64,000 nucleotides of DNA from an uncultured Candidatus Rokubacteria bacterium (GTDB lineage: Bacteria > Methylomirabilota > Methylomirabilia > Rokubacteriales > CSP1-6), in the NCBI GenBank assembly GCA_963754315.1, contig CAVWFS010000001.1:160001-224000 (forward strand), written 5' to 3'. A model generated the notes under the pieces. It saw nothing but the letters and a program-made list of their open reading frames with translations, was not told where the DNA came from and ran no database searches. Within the stretch, counting starts at the first letter, position 1, and every line of letters starts with the position of its first letter. Shown here one piece after another: positions 29,821 through 39,586 of the stretch. The position numbers and the translations under genes are program-made.

Positions 29821-32159
29821 GACGACGAGGATGAGGATGAGACGCGGCGAACGGCCTCCCAGACCCGAGCTGGTGTCACGGGAAGTTGGGCGAACAGCAT
29901 CTCATCTGGCGAGGCGCCATCGGCGATCAGGGCATCCTCGACCGCGTTGGCGATGACCACCGAGGATGAGATGATGCCGCTCTCGCCGACCCCCTTGATG
30001 CCGAGGTCGTTCACGACCGAGGGGTAGTCGAGGGACATCACATCTAGGGCGGGAACACTGTCCGCGCGTGGAAGCCCGTAGTCCATGAGCGTCCCTGTGA
30101 GGAGCTGTCCTTGCTCGTCGTGGACGATCTCCTCGGAGAACGCGGTGCCGATTCCTTGCGCGATGCCACCGTGAAGCTGGCCCTCGACCACCAGGGGATT
30201 GATCGGACGGCCGCTATCGTGCACGGCCACGTATCGCAGGATGGCAACGGTGCCGGTTTCGGTATCGACGTCCACGACGCAGGCGTGGGCGCCGAAGGCC
30301 CAGGTGACAGTCGCCGGGTAGAAGAATCCGCAGGCCTGGAGCCCGGGTTGGCTTTCCCGTGCCAGGACGGGGCTGCGCACGGCGGCTTGGGCGAGAGAGC
30401 CCAAGGTGAGGGCACGTGAGGGCACACCGGCCACGTGGGCAAAGCCGTCGGCGAGGACCACGTCGTCCGGTGAGCATTCAAGGCGCTCGGCGGCGACCAG
30501 GCGTGTCTTGCGTGCCACTTCACGCGCGGATCGCGCGATGGCCGGGCCGGCCACAGCAGCGACCCGGCTGGCAATGGTGCCCATGCCATGACCGAGGACG
30601 CTGGTGTCGCCGCCGACGACGGTGACCTGGTCAACGCCGACTCCAAGCTCGGCGGCGCAGATCTGAGCCAAGGTCGTCTCGTGGGCCTGTCCTTGCGAGG
30701 ACACACCCACGAAGAGGCACACGGTGCCGCTTGGGTCCACCCGCACATCGGCGCCCTCGAATGGTCCGATGCCAGTTCCTTCGACGTAGGCTGACACGCC
30801 GAGGCCGATCGGGCGGGTCGCGCCTCGGCGTCGACGTTGCTCGGCACGCCATTCGTCGTAGCCGAGACGACCCAGCGCCAGGTCGAAGGCGGCCACATAG
30901 TCTCCGGGATCGTAGGTGATGACGGAGCCATCACGATAGCGGAGCCCGGTGGCGTAGGGCATCTCGTGGCGACGGATGAGATTGCGACGCCGCAAGGAGG
31001 CGGCATCGATGCCGAGTTGGCGGGCCGCGCGGTCGAGAAGGCGGTCGAGCACAAAAGCCGCCTCGGGCCGCCCCGCGCCCCGATAGGCGCCCGCGAACAT
31101 CCGGTGGGTGACCACGCTGGTAGCGGCGCCGCGGTAGTGAGGAACCCGGTAGGGGCCGGGTAGGTGGTTGATGGTGTTCTGCGGCATCACCTCACCGAGG
31201 ATCGGGTAGGCGCCGTGATCGCGCGTGAACGTCGTCTCCAGGGCCGTGATGGTTCCGTCCTCCCGGACGCCGAGACGGGCCACGTGCCGCTGGTCACGGT
31301 CGGGCGAGGAGGCGAGGAAGTGCTCGGCCCGCGTCTCCACCCATTTGATGGGCCGGCCGAGGCGGCGGGCGACGGCCGGGATCAGCACGTCCTCGGGATA
31401 GACGTGACCCTTGCCGCCGAAGCCGCCGCCCACGTCAGGCGCCAGCACGCGCACCCGCTCTTCGGCCAGGCCGAGTGCAGCCGCCACCGCACTGCGGACG
31501 GCGAACGGCATCTGCGTCGAGCTCCACACGGTGAAGCGACCGTCTGGGCTTGCCGGCCACGCCAGCACGCCTCGAGGCTCCAGAGGTACCGGCGCCACCC
31601 TGGGGAATGTCAGTCGAGCCTCGATCACGGCGTGAGCTTCGGCGAATCCGGCGTCCACCGAACCCATCCCGCCCGCGGACGGCCCAGCCACGTTGTTGGG
31701 CCACTCCTCGAAGACGCGCGGCGCCCCGGGGCGGAGGGCCGCCTCGACATTGGCAGCCACCTGAAGAGGCTCCCACTCGATGCGAACGGCAAGGACGGCG
31801 TCGGCAGCCCGGTAGCGATTCTCGGCGACCACCACGGCGACAGGCTCTCCCACGTGCCGCACGACCCGGCCGGCCAGGGCGGGGTGCCGATACGCTCTGA
31901 GGTTGGGAGCGTCCAGCAGCGGCGGCACGGCGCCCTCGCACTCGGGCAGATCGGCCGAGCTCAGCACGGCTATCACGCCGGGCATGGAGTGCGCCGCGTC
32001 GGCGTTGATCCCCAGGATGCGCGCGTGGGCATAGGGGCTGCGCACGATCGCCGCGTGCAGGACACCGGGCAAGCACAGGTCATCGAGATAGCGGCCCTGG
32101 CCCGTGAGAAAGCGTCGATCTTCCTTGCGTCGAATGGAGCGGCCGAAAGGTGTGGCCAT
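29784..32159 (-). CDS. Xanthine dehydrogenase-family molybdopterin subunit, CoxL form-II-like
   Basis: RKEDRRFLTGQGRY, DVGGGFGGK, AYRGAGRPEA, QGQAHET, EGQLHGG, KGVGE. Confidence 0.9.
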   Translation of the reverse strand: MATPFGRSIRRKEDRRFLTGQGRYLDDLCLPGVLHAAIVRSPYAHARILGINADAAHSMPGVIAVLSSADLPECEGAVPPLLDAPNLRAYRHPALAGRVVRHVGEPVAVVVAENRYRAADAVLAVRIEWEPLQVAANVEAALRPGAPRVFEEWPNNVAGPSAGGMGSVDAGFAEAHAVIEARLTFPRVAPVPLEPRGVLAWPASPDGRFTVWSSTQMPFAVRSAVAAALGLAEERVRVLAPDVGGGFGGKGHVYPEDVLIPAVARRLGRPIKWVETRAEHFLASSPDRDQRHVARLGVREDGTITALETTFTRDHGAYPILGEVMPQNTINHLPGPYRVPHYRGAATSVVTHRMFAGAYRGAGRPEAAFVLDRLLDRAARQLGIDAASLRRRNLIRRHEMPYATGLRYRDGSVITYDPGDYVAAFDLALGRLGYDEWRAEQRRRRGATRPIGLGVSAYVEGTGIGPFEGADVRVDPSGTVCLFVGVSSQGQAHETTLAQICAAELGVGVDQVTVVGGDTSVLGHGMGTIASRVAAVAGPAIARSAREVARKTRLVAAERLECSPDDVVLADGFAHVAGVPSRALTLGSLAQAAVRSPVLARESQPGLQACGFFYPATVTWAFGAHACVVDVDTETGTVAILRYVAVHDSGRPINPLVVEGQLHGGIAQGIGTAFSEEIVHDEQGQLLTGTLMDYGLPRADSVPALDVMSLDYPSVVNDLGIKGVGESGIISSSVVIANAVEDALIADGASPDEMLFAQLPVTPARVWEAVRRVSSSSSSSQSRSTSRRSES

Positions 32160-32246
32160 GTGGATCTGCAGTATAGCCCCGCGTTGACATCGCTCTCGCG
32201 GGCCTGCTAGAGAGGGAGCATCTCGACGAGAGGAGTGTCGCTGCTT

Positions 32247-33173
32247 ATGCGCTACAAGCCGGTCGAAGGTTGGGGACGCTTGCCCGAGGGCTGGTCGTTC
32301 GTGGAGGCGACCAGCGTGGCCGTGGATGCCGCCGACAACGTGTGGGTCTTCAACCGGGGCTCGCACCCCGTGATCATGTTCGACCGGGAGGGTATGTTCC
32401 GGCGCGCGTGGGGGGAAGGTGTCATTCGTCGGGCCCATGGCATCACGCCTGGCCCCGACGGCACCTTGTGGTTGACCGACGACCTCCACCACACCGTTCG
32501 CCAGTTCACCCCCGAGGGCACGCTGCTCCTCACCATCGGCGATCCCGATCGGCCCGCCACCCTCCAGGGTGGGAAGCCCTTCAACCGACCCACCCACGTC
32601 GCCCTCTGCCCGCGCACGGGTGACATCTATGTGTCTGACGGCTACGGCAACTCGCGTGTGCACAAGTACGATCCCAAGGGCCGCCACCTGTTCTCGTGGG
32701 GTGAGCCGGGGACGGATCCAGGCAGCTTCAACGTGCCGCACAACATCGCCACCGACGCCGAGGGGCTCGTGTACGTCGCCGACCGGGAGAACCATCGCGT
32801 CCAGATCTTCGACGACAAGGGGCGGTACCAGGCGCAGCTCAACAACATGCACCGGCCGTGCGGCCTCTTCTCCGACCGGCGCCACGGCGGGCTCTTGTAC
32901 GTGGGGGAGCTACCGACGGCCTACGCCGTGAACGCCGAGGTTCCGAATCTTGGCGCCCGGGTGAGCATCCTGACCCTGAAGGGTGATGTGGTGGGGAGGG
33001 TGGGCGGGCGCTTCGCCGGTGAGAAGCCGGGCGAGTTCGTCGCTCCGCACGGCTGCACCGTCGACTCGCGCGGTGACCTGTACGTGGCCGAGGTTGCCTG
33101 GACGGCCAAGGGTAGCCTGGAGAACCCGCCCCGCGAGGTTCGCTCGCTGCAGAAATTCGAGCAGGTGCCCTGA
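32247..33173 (+). CDS. NHL-repeat protein, peptidyl-alpha-hydroxyglycine lyase-like (alternative start 32235)
   Basis: FNRPTHVA, YVSDGYGNSRVHK, FNVPHNIA, YVADRENHRVQIF, FVAPHG. Confidence 0.85.
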   Translation: MRYKPVEGWGRLPEGWSFVEATSVAVDAADNVWVFNRGSHPVIMFDREGMFRRAWGEGVIRRAHGITPGPDGTLWLTDDLHHTVRQFTPEGTLLLTIGDPDRPATLQGGKPFNRPTHVALCPRTGDIYVSDGYGNSRVHKYDPKGRHLFSWGEPGTDPGSFNVPHNIATDAEGLVYVADRENHRVQIFDDKGRYQAQLNNMHRPCGLFSDRRHGGLLYVGELPTAYAVNAEVPNLGARVSILTLKGDVVGRVGGRFAGEKPGEFVAPHGCTVDSRGDLYVAEVAWTAKGSLENPPREVRSLQKFEQVP

Positions 33174-33210
33174 GCGCTGAGGCTGAACGTCAGGGGGTGA
33201 CTCTTCCCCG

Positions 33211-33843
33211 TTACGATGTTGCGCCGGCGACCATCACTCCATGGCGTCGCCGGGGCAACGCGAAAGCGGGGTTGCGCTCGGGCTCACAACGAAGATTGGC
33301 GTGCCGGAGGACACGCGCGTAGTTCTCGAGAACGGTGAGAGCATAGTACGGGGAGCGGTTGGCGGGGCCTCCGTTGTACTCGGCAAGAGCATCGCGAAGG
33401 ACAGGTCGGCGCGCGACGATGTCGCTCAGGTATCTCAAGGCTACGCGCGTGTTGACGTGGGGATCAAAGAGATCCTTGCGCGGGTGGCCAAGGGCACGCG
33501 CCGTGCTCGGTAGGATCTGAAAGAGACCGACTTCGCCAGCCGTGCCCACGGCATCGGGGGAGAACTGAGACTCCACCTCGACCTGGGCCAGGGCGAAGCA
33601 GTGGTCGAAGCCCAGTTCGCGCGAGACAGTCAGTAAGGTGTGGGGATAGCTCCGGAGCGTGTGGACAGGGGCATCAGGGTTACGCAGCAGGATGTAGTCG
33701 AGGATCGCCTCACGGCGCTGGTCATCGGCTCGCAACTCGGGCGCCAAACGGCCCGGATTGGACTCGGCCGACAGAGCTAGTCCCACTGCTACCAGCACGA
33801 GGATCAGGCGGCGCCGCCTGCCCGCCTTGCGCGTGAGGATCAT
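33211..33843 (-). CDS. Lytic transglycosylase, SLT domain, with signal or anchor sequence
   Basis: VESQF, GEVGLFQILPSTA, LFDP..N, ALAEYNGG; GGAGG RBS. Confidence 0.85.
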   Translation of the reverse strand: MILTRKAGRRRRLILVLVAVGLALSAESNPGRLAPELRADDQRREAILDYILLRNPDAPVHTLRSYPHTLLTVSRELGFDHCFALAQVEVESQFSPDAVGTAGEVGLFQILPSTARALGHPRKDLFDPHVNTRVALRYLSDIVARRPVLRDALAEYNGGPANRSPYYALTVLENYARVLRHANLRCEPERNPAFALPRRRHGVMVAGATS

Positions 33844-34006
33844 GCCTTTCCTCCAATCGCCTGGTGTCGTTGCAGTCAGGCGCTAGTCTCTTGAGTGAGC
33901 CGAGGCGGGGCGGCGAGCCCAGAAATCGAGGCAGGTACTGAGGTGACGCCAGTGTCTCATACCGCGATGCGGCATGCAAGGTGGCGGCGACCCCTGTCTT
34001 GCCAGG

Positions 34007-34225
34007 CTACTTCAGGCGTCTGCGCGGGATAGTGGTCCGGAAGTCACTAGTATCGTTATCTGTTTTGCCTCCGACGGGAGTCCCGCATTCGGCGCAGCGA
34101 TAGTCGTACTTGTTCCCCGTGGGCAGCACCAGCAAGAGGTGCTTGCGGGTCTTCGTGGCCCGTCGACAACGTGGACAGAAGAGGCTGGTGGCCTCGAACT
34201 CTTCGAAACTCTCCCCCTGTGCCAT
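34007..34225 (-). CDS. Small zinc-ribbon hypothetical protein
   Basis: CPRC..LLLVLP.G.KYDYRCAECG: two CxxC pairs. Confidence 0.7.
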   Translation of the reverse strand: MAQGESFEEFEATSLFCPRCRRATKTRKHLLLVLPTGNKYDYRCAECGTPVGGKTDNDTSDFRTTIPRRRLK

Positions 34226-34284
34226 CGCCTGGATCTTACCTCGGCGAGGACTGCCGGGAAAGGCTTCGTGATAGCATTAACGGC

Positions 34285-34782
34285 ATGATACGTGCGAGTG
34301 CTCGCGTGCTGATCGGATCGCTTCTCGCCCTGTCGACTCTCCCTGCCCACGCCAACGACAGCGGGCCCGTGTCCCCGCCTCCGCGCTGGTCTGCCCCCCC
34401 GGTCCGCTCGGCGCCGGCGGGCAAGAGCGCGGAGGACCGATACAACGAGGGCCGCGGGTTCACGCAGAGCAAGCAGTGGGGGGCGGCTGAAGACTCCTAT
34501 CGCGAGGCCGTAAGGCTACGCGCATCGTTCCCTGAAGCATGGAACGGCTTGGGCTATGCGCTCCGACATCAGAAGAAATACGAGGAGTCGGTGCGCGCCT
34601 ACGAAGAGGCGCTCCGCCAGCGTCCCAACTACGCCGAGGCCTTGGAGTACCTCGGTGAGGCCTACGTCCAGATGGGCAAGCTCGACGAGGCGCGGGCGGT
34701 GCTCGATCGTCTGCGCCCGCTCGACCCCAAGGAAGCCGAGACCCTCGCCCAAGCGATCTCCTCCGCCACCACCAAGCGCTAG
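34285..34782 (+). CDS. Exported TPR protein
   Basis: Signal peptide ending AHA; EAWNGLGYA and AEALEYLGEAY TPR repeats. Confidence 0.8.
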   Translation: MIRASARVLIGSLLALSTLPAHANDSGPVSPPPRWSAPPVRSAPAGKSAEDRYNEGRGFTQSKQWGAAEDSYREAVRLRASFPEAWNGLGYALRHQKKYEESVRAYEEALRQRPNYAEALEYLGEAYVQMGKLDEARAVLDRLRPLDPKEAETLAQAISSATTKR

Positions 34783-34790
34783 ACCGTCCG

Positions 34791-36374
34791 ATGTTGCGGT
34801 CGCGGCTGGCGGCCAAGATCACCCTGCTCATCGTGGCGGTCTTGATCGTCGGCTTCGGCGCTTCCACCATCTGGTCCCTGCGTCGCGAGGAGGGCCTCCT
34901 CGTCGAGCAGAACAAGATGGCGGCGCGGCGACTGACCTCCACCCTGGTGGCCAGCATCGAGGCGGCCATGCTTCAGGAGCGACCGGATGTCACGCGCGCC
35001 GTGGTCCAGGAGTTGAAGAGCACGACACCGGTAGAAGGTCTCGACGTCTACCGGCGCAACGGTGTGGAGGCGTTCACGGATCTCGCCACCCTCAATGAAG
35101 TGAAGAAGAACGCCGATCTGTCGCCCGAGGTATTGGCCAACATCCAAAAAATGCAGAGAGCCCCCGCCTCGACGGCCACGGGACCGCTCTTCGCGCAAGC
35201 GGTGGAGACCCGGAAGGTCCAGGAGGCTCTGGTCACTCAGAACGGCGTCCCGCTCTTCACCCTTCTTTACCCGGTCGCGAACCAGGAGCGGTGCCAAGGT
35301 TGCCACGGTGCGGATCATCAGGTGCGCGCGGTGGTGCGGGTCGTGACATCGATGGAGCCGGTCTTCGCCGAGGTCAGGCGCCAGCGCAACCAGCAGATTC
35401 TCATCGCTGGACTCACCATCGCTGCCGCGGGGGCCCTGCTCGCCCTCGCCATGGGGCAGGTCGTGGTGCGGCCGATCACCGCGCTGGCCAACGCCGCCCG
35501 CCGCGTTGGCAGCGGCGACTTCGCCGCGCAGGCACCCGTCCGGTCGCGAGACGAGATCGGCCAGCTCGGCGTCGCGTTCAACGAAATGACCACCCGCCTC
35601 TCTCGGGCTCACGCCGAGCTGGAGGGCAAGAACAGCGAACTGGGCACGGCCCTCAAGCACCTTCAGGAGTCGCGCGAGCGTTTGGAGCTGCTCGAGCAGC
35701 TCAAGGGCGAGCTGTCGAAGTTCGTCCCGGAAGCAGTCAAGAAGCTTCTCGAGGCCAATCCCAACGCCACCGAGCTGGAGCAGCGAAACGTCGAGGTGTC
35801 GGTCCTCTTCCTCGACATCACCGGCTACACGAAGCTCTCGGAGGAGCTGGAGCCGAGGCGCCTGAACCAGCTCGTGCAGACGTATTTCTCCAGCTTTCTG
35901 GACATCATTCACGGTCACCACGGCGACGTGAGCGCCACCGCTGGTGACGGGCTCATGGTGATCTTCCAGTCGGAGCGGAGCACCGTCGGCGACCACGCCC
36001 TCAACGCCACCCGGGCCGCCTTTGCCATCCGCCAGCGCACAGCAGCCCTCAACGAGGAGTACGGCGGTGTCTTTCCACCCGTTTCGCTGCACATGGGCCT
36101 CAATACCGGCGAGGCCCTGGTGGGTGCCACCAAGATGGGAGGCGGCGGAAGCCAGCGCTGGACGTTCACCGCTACGGGATCAACCACGAACGTGGCGGCG
36201 CGTATCGCGGCGTTCGCGGGAGCGGATGAGATCGTCGTCGGACCCGTCACCGCCGAGCGCATCAAGCAGCAGTTCGTCCTGGAGGCACTCGGCGACAGAT
36301 CGTTCAAGAACGTCTCGCAGCCGATCGCGGTCTGTCGCGTGATCCCGCCGGGAGTCTACGAGAAGATCGTGTGA
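34791..36374 (+). CDS. Class III nucleotide cyclase with 2 TM helices, extracytoplasmic CxxCH sensor domain and HAMP
   Basis: CQGCH; RDEIGQLGVAFNEM HAMP; VLFLDITGYT, GDGLM, NVAAR. Confidence 0.88.
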   Translation: MLRSRLAAKITLLIVAVLIVGFGASTIWSLRREEGLLVEQNKMAARRLTSTLVASIEAAMLQERPDVTRAVVQELKSTTPVEGLDVYRRNGVEAFTDLATLNEVKKNADLSPEVLANIQKMQRAPASTATGPLFAQAVETRKVQEALVTQNGVPLFTLLYPVANQERCQGCHGADHQVRAVVRVVTSMEPVFAEVRRQRNQQILIAGLTIAAAGALLALAMGQVVVRPITALANAARRVGSGDFAAQAPVRSRDEIGQLGVAFNEMTTRLSRAHAELEGKNSELGTALKHLQESRERLELLEQLKGELSKFVPEAVKKLLEANPNATELEQRNVEVSVLFLDITGYTKLSEELEPRRLNQLVQTYFSSFLDIIHGHHGDVSATAGDGLMVIFQSERSTVGDHALNATRAAFAIRQRTAALNEEYGGVFPPVSLHMGLNTGEALVGATKMGGGGSQRWTFTATGSTTNVAARIAAFAGADEIVVGPVTAERIKQQFVLEALGDRSFKNVSQPIAVCRVIPPGVYEKIV

Positions 36375-37360
36375 CGGTAACCCCCGAACGCCTGCGCGGG
36401 CGCGTCCGGGTGGGGATCTGCTCGTGGGCTGATCCGGCGCTCATCGAGGATGGATCCTTCTATCCGCGGAGGTCGATGACAGCGGAGGCGCGCCTGCGGT
36501 ACTACGCCGGCGTGTTCGACGTGGTCGAGGTCAACTCGTCCTACTATGCCATTCCCGACGTGCGAACCACCGTCCAGTGGGTGGCGCGAACGCCGCCGGG
36601 CTTCATCTTCCACATCAAGGCCTTCGCGCCCATGACGGGGCATCGGGTCCGCCCCGAGGTGCTGCCGGCGTCGATGCGGGCGCTCCTGCCGGGGGCTCTG
36701 CGTCTCACCGGACGCGGCGACCTGGAGGCCTCCGCCTTGCCGCCGGAAGCCCTCGACGCCGCTTTCTCGGTGTTCCGGGCCGCCGTGGAGCCGATTGCCC
36801 AGGCTGGCAAGCTCGGCTATGTCCTCTTCCAGCTCGCGCCCTGGGTCCACTATGCGCCGGACCAGCTCGACTACCTGGCGTCTCTGCCGGGGCGATTGCC
36901 CGGGTGGACGGTCGCCGTGGAGTTTCGGCATCGCTCGTGGTACGGGGACCATGCCGAACAGACGCTCGCCGTCTTGCGAGAGGCGCGGCTGGCCCACGTC
37001 ATCGTCGATGCGCCCGCCGTCCCGAATGCGGTCCCACGCCTGGTGGCGGCCACGGCGCCAACGGCCATCGTGCGCCTTCACGGTCGCCACGGGGAGGGTT
37101 GGCTCGCGCAGCTCCGGGGCGAGGGGCCGGCCGTGCGAGAGAAGTACGACTACCTCTACACCGAGAATGAGCTGCAGGGATTGGTGCCAGAGGTGACCTC
37201 CCTCGCGGAGGAGGCCGAGCGCGTCTTCATCTCCTTCAACAACAACAATCGCGCCTACCCCGTACAGAATGCCCTCATGATGAAGCGACTGCTCGGACAG
37301 CCGGTACCGGTGGCTCCGCCCGAAGGGCGAGATCTCTTGCTTCCCGAGGGTGCCCCCTGA
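36371..37360 (+). CDS. DUF72 family protein
   Basis: VGICSW, VEVNSSYY, LFQLAPW, AVEFRHRSW, RLHGR, YDYLY, FNNN. Confidence 0.88.
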   Translation: MTVTPERLRGRVRVGICSWADPALIEDGSFYPRRSMTAEARLRYYAGVFDVVEVNSSYYAIPDVRTTVQWVARTPPGFIFHIKAFAPMTGHRVRPEVLPASMRALLPGALRLTGRGDLEASALPPEALDAAFSVFRAAVEPIAQAGKLGYVLFQLAPWVHYAPDQLDYLASLPGRLPGWTVAVEFRHRSWYGDHAEQTLAVLREARLAHVIVDAPAVPNAVPRLVAATAPTAIVRLHGRHGEGWLAQLRGEGPAVREKYDYLYTENELQGLVPEVTSLAEEAERVFISFNNNNRAYPVQNALMMKRLLGQPVPVAPPEGRDLLLPEGAP

Positions 37361-37373
37361 GATAGTGACGGGT

Positions 37374-38375
37374 ATGGCGACCGCCGCTCCTCCGATTCCG
37401 CGGATCGAGCTGGCGAACGTGCCAACCCCGCTCCTCAAGCTCGAGCGTTTGTCGAGCGAGATCGGCGTAGAACTGTGGGTCAAGCGCGACGATCTCACCG
37501 GCTTGCTCGAGTCGGGTAACAAGGTTCGTAAGCTGGAGTTCCTGGTCGGCGACGCGCTCGCCCAGAACGCGGACACGCTCATCACCTGCGGTACCGTGCA
37601 GTCCAACTGCTGCCGGGCCGTGTCAGCGGTGGCGGCGCGGCTAGGTCTCAAGGCCATCCTCGCCCTCAAGGGCGAGCCTCCCCCGGAATCCGACGGCAAC
37701 CACCTGCTGGATCGGCTGCTCGGCGCCGAGATCCACTACTGTAGCGAGCGCGACTGGGACCAGATCGACCACGTCCTTTCGGAACTTGCCGCCCGTGCAC
37801 GTCGGGCTGGCCGGGTTCCGTACGTCATCCCGGAGAGCGGCGCTACCGTGGTGGGCGCCCTCGGCTATCTCGTCTGCGGCCAGGAGATTGCCAGCCAGAT
37901 CGGCCACGGCGCCCCTGACTTCGACACGATTGCCATCACCGCGTTCAGCGGCGGCAGTCAGGCAGGGTTGCTCATGGCCAAGCAGCTGACTTCCTTACGG
38001 GCCGAGATCGTCAGCATCCCCATCGCCTGGGCAGCGGAGAGCGTCCGCGAATACGTGACCGACGTCGTCGACCAGGCCCAGAGGCGTTTCGGCTTACCGG
38101 TCAAGGTCCCGCATGAGATCCCCGTCCTCGACGGGTGCCAGGGGGCGGGCCGGACGGAAGTGCGGGCCGCGGAACTCGAGACGGTGATCCGCCTGGCCCG
38201 CCAAGAGGGTATCGTGCTCGATCCCGTTTACACGGCCAAGGCGTTCCGAGGTCTCCTCGATGCCCTGCGGCGATCACCGGCCGAATTCGGGCGGCGCGTG
38301 TGCTTCGTGCATACCGGGGGCATCTTCAGTCTCTTCCCGTTCCGCCGGGAGCTGGGGCGGCTCTTCGAGGGGTGA
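37374..38375 (+). CDS. D-cysteine desulfhydrase/ACC deaminase family PLP enzyme
   Basis: PTPL, KRDDLTG..SGNKVRKLEF, QSNC, LDPVYTAKA, HTGG. Confidence 0.88.
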   Translation: MATAAPPIPRIELANVPTPLLKLERLSSEIGVELWVKRDDLTGLLESGNKVRKLEFLVGDALAQNADTLITCGTVQSNCCRAVSAVAARLGLKAILALKGEPPPESDGNHLLDRLLGAEIHYCSERDWDQIDHVLSELAARARRAGRVPYVIPESGATVVGALGYLVCGQEIASQIGHGAPDFDTIAITAFSGGSQAGLLMAKQLTSLRAEIVSIPIAWAAESVREYVTDVVDQAQRRFGLPVKVPHEIPVLDGCQGAGRTEVRAAELETVIRLARQEGIVLDPVYTAKAFRGLLDALRRSPAEFGRRVCFVHTGGIFSLFPFRRELGRLFEG

Positions 38376-38397
38376 GTCTGGTAGACTCGTAGCTCCT

Positions 38398-39249
38398 ATG
38401 CCTGAGGTGCGGCTGCGGGGCGGAGAGGTCGACGGGCTCGCGTTGCATTACGTCGTGGAGGGGGAGGGCCCGCCTGTCGTGCTCCTTCACGGACTCGGCG
38501 GGTTCGGGGAGTCGTGGCGGCACAATATCCCCGCTTTGGCGCGACGCTCGCAGGTATTCGCCCTTGACCTTCCAGGGTATGGACGCTCGGCCAAACCGTG
38601 GGGGTCGTACGACTTGGGTTTCTTTGCCCGCGCCGTGCTCGGTTTCATGGACACACTGGGACTCGGGCAGGTCTCGCTCGTGGGGCACTCCCTCGGCGGC
38701 GCCGTGGCCATCACCTGCGCCCTCACGCATCCCTCGCGCGTCGAGAGGCTCTGTCTCCTCGGCGCACTCGTGCCTGGCTTCGCGTATCACCCGTCTTGGA
38801 TCTACCGGACGCTCACCGTGCGCGGTGTGGGAGAGGTGCTCGCCCTGTTCGGCAATGCCCGGGTGTACAAGGCGGCGCTCGCCCGTTGCTTTCACAAGCC
38901 GGAGCTCCGTGAGGTCGGCTTTCTGGTGGAATTCGCCTATGCGGCCCGAACCGGGCCCGAATCGCGGGCTGCCTACCTGGCCACCGTGCGCCACGTGCGT
39001 CGCGACTTCGTGGATCGGGCGGCCGCCTACCGACGAGCGCTGCTCACGCTCGATGCCCCCGTGCTGTTGATCCACGGCCATGAGGATCGTGTTGTGCCGG
39101 CGACCCACGTCGCCTCGGCGGCCGAAACCCTACCGCGGGCGACCACCCGTTGGCTCGACGCGTGCGGCCACTTTCCACAGATCGAGAGGGCCGCTGTCGT
39201 CAACTCGTGGATGGCGGACTTCCTGAGCGGTCGCCCCGCGGCTCTCTGA
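38398..39249 (+). CDS. Alpha/beta hydrolase
   Basis: LLHGLGG, DLPGYGRS, GHSLGG, G.ED, CGHFPQIE. Confidence 0.88.
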   Translation: MPEVRLRGGEVDGLALHYVVEGEGPPVVLLHGLGGFGESWRHNIPALARRSQVFALDLPGYGRSAKPWGSYDLGFFARAVLGFMDTLGLGQVSLVGHSLGGAVAITCALTHPSRVERLCLLGALVPGFAYHPSWIYRTLTVRGVGEVLALFGNARVYKAALARCFHKPELREVGFLVEFAYAARTGPESRAAYLATVRHVRRDFVDRAAAYRRALLTLDAPVLLIHGHEDRVVPATHVASAAETLPRATTRWLDACGHFPQIERAAVVNSWMADFLSGRPAAL

Positions 39250-39267
39250 GCACGTAGGAGCGGTGGC

Positions 39268-39585
39268 ATGGATGAGATCAGTCCCCAGGATCTGAAGTCG
39301 CGTCTCGATCGCGGGCAGCGCCCCGTTCTCCTCGACGTCCGTCAGGACTGGGAGACCAAGCTCTGTCGATTCGACAACGCCGTGCACATCCCCATCGAGG
39401 AGATCGAATTCCGAACCGATGAGCTGAACCCGGACGACGATATCGTCGTCTATTGTCATCAAGGTGTACGCAGCGCGGCGGTGGCCGCCTATCTACGCGA
39501 ACACGGTTTTGCCAAGGCCGTGAACCTGGCGGGTGGGCTCGACCTATGGGCGCGCACCGTGGAACCCACGATGCGACGTTATTGA
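39268..39585 (+). CDS. Single-domain rhodanese
   Basis: LLDVRQDWE, YCHQGVRS, NLAGGLDLW, C-terminal RY. Confidence 0.88.
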   Translation: MDEISPQDLKSRLDRGQRPVLLDVRQDWETKLCRFDNAVHIPIEEIEFRTDELNPDDDIVVYCHQGVRSAAVAAYLREHGFAKAVNLAGGLDLWARTVEPTMRRY

Positions 39586-39586
39586 T

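Noticed and set aside
29784..32159. Genuine aerobic (form I) CO dehydrogenase
   Set aside because: It lacks the AYxCSFR motif and adjacent coxM/coxS/accessory genes.
33844..34006. c-di-AMP or c-di-GMP riboswitch upstream of the lytic transglycosylase
   Set aside because: Only a short CGCCTG/CAGGCG hairpin is seen; no consensus elements were recognised.
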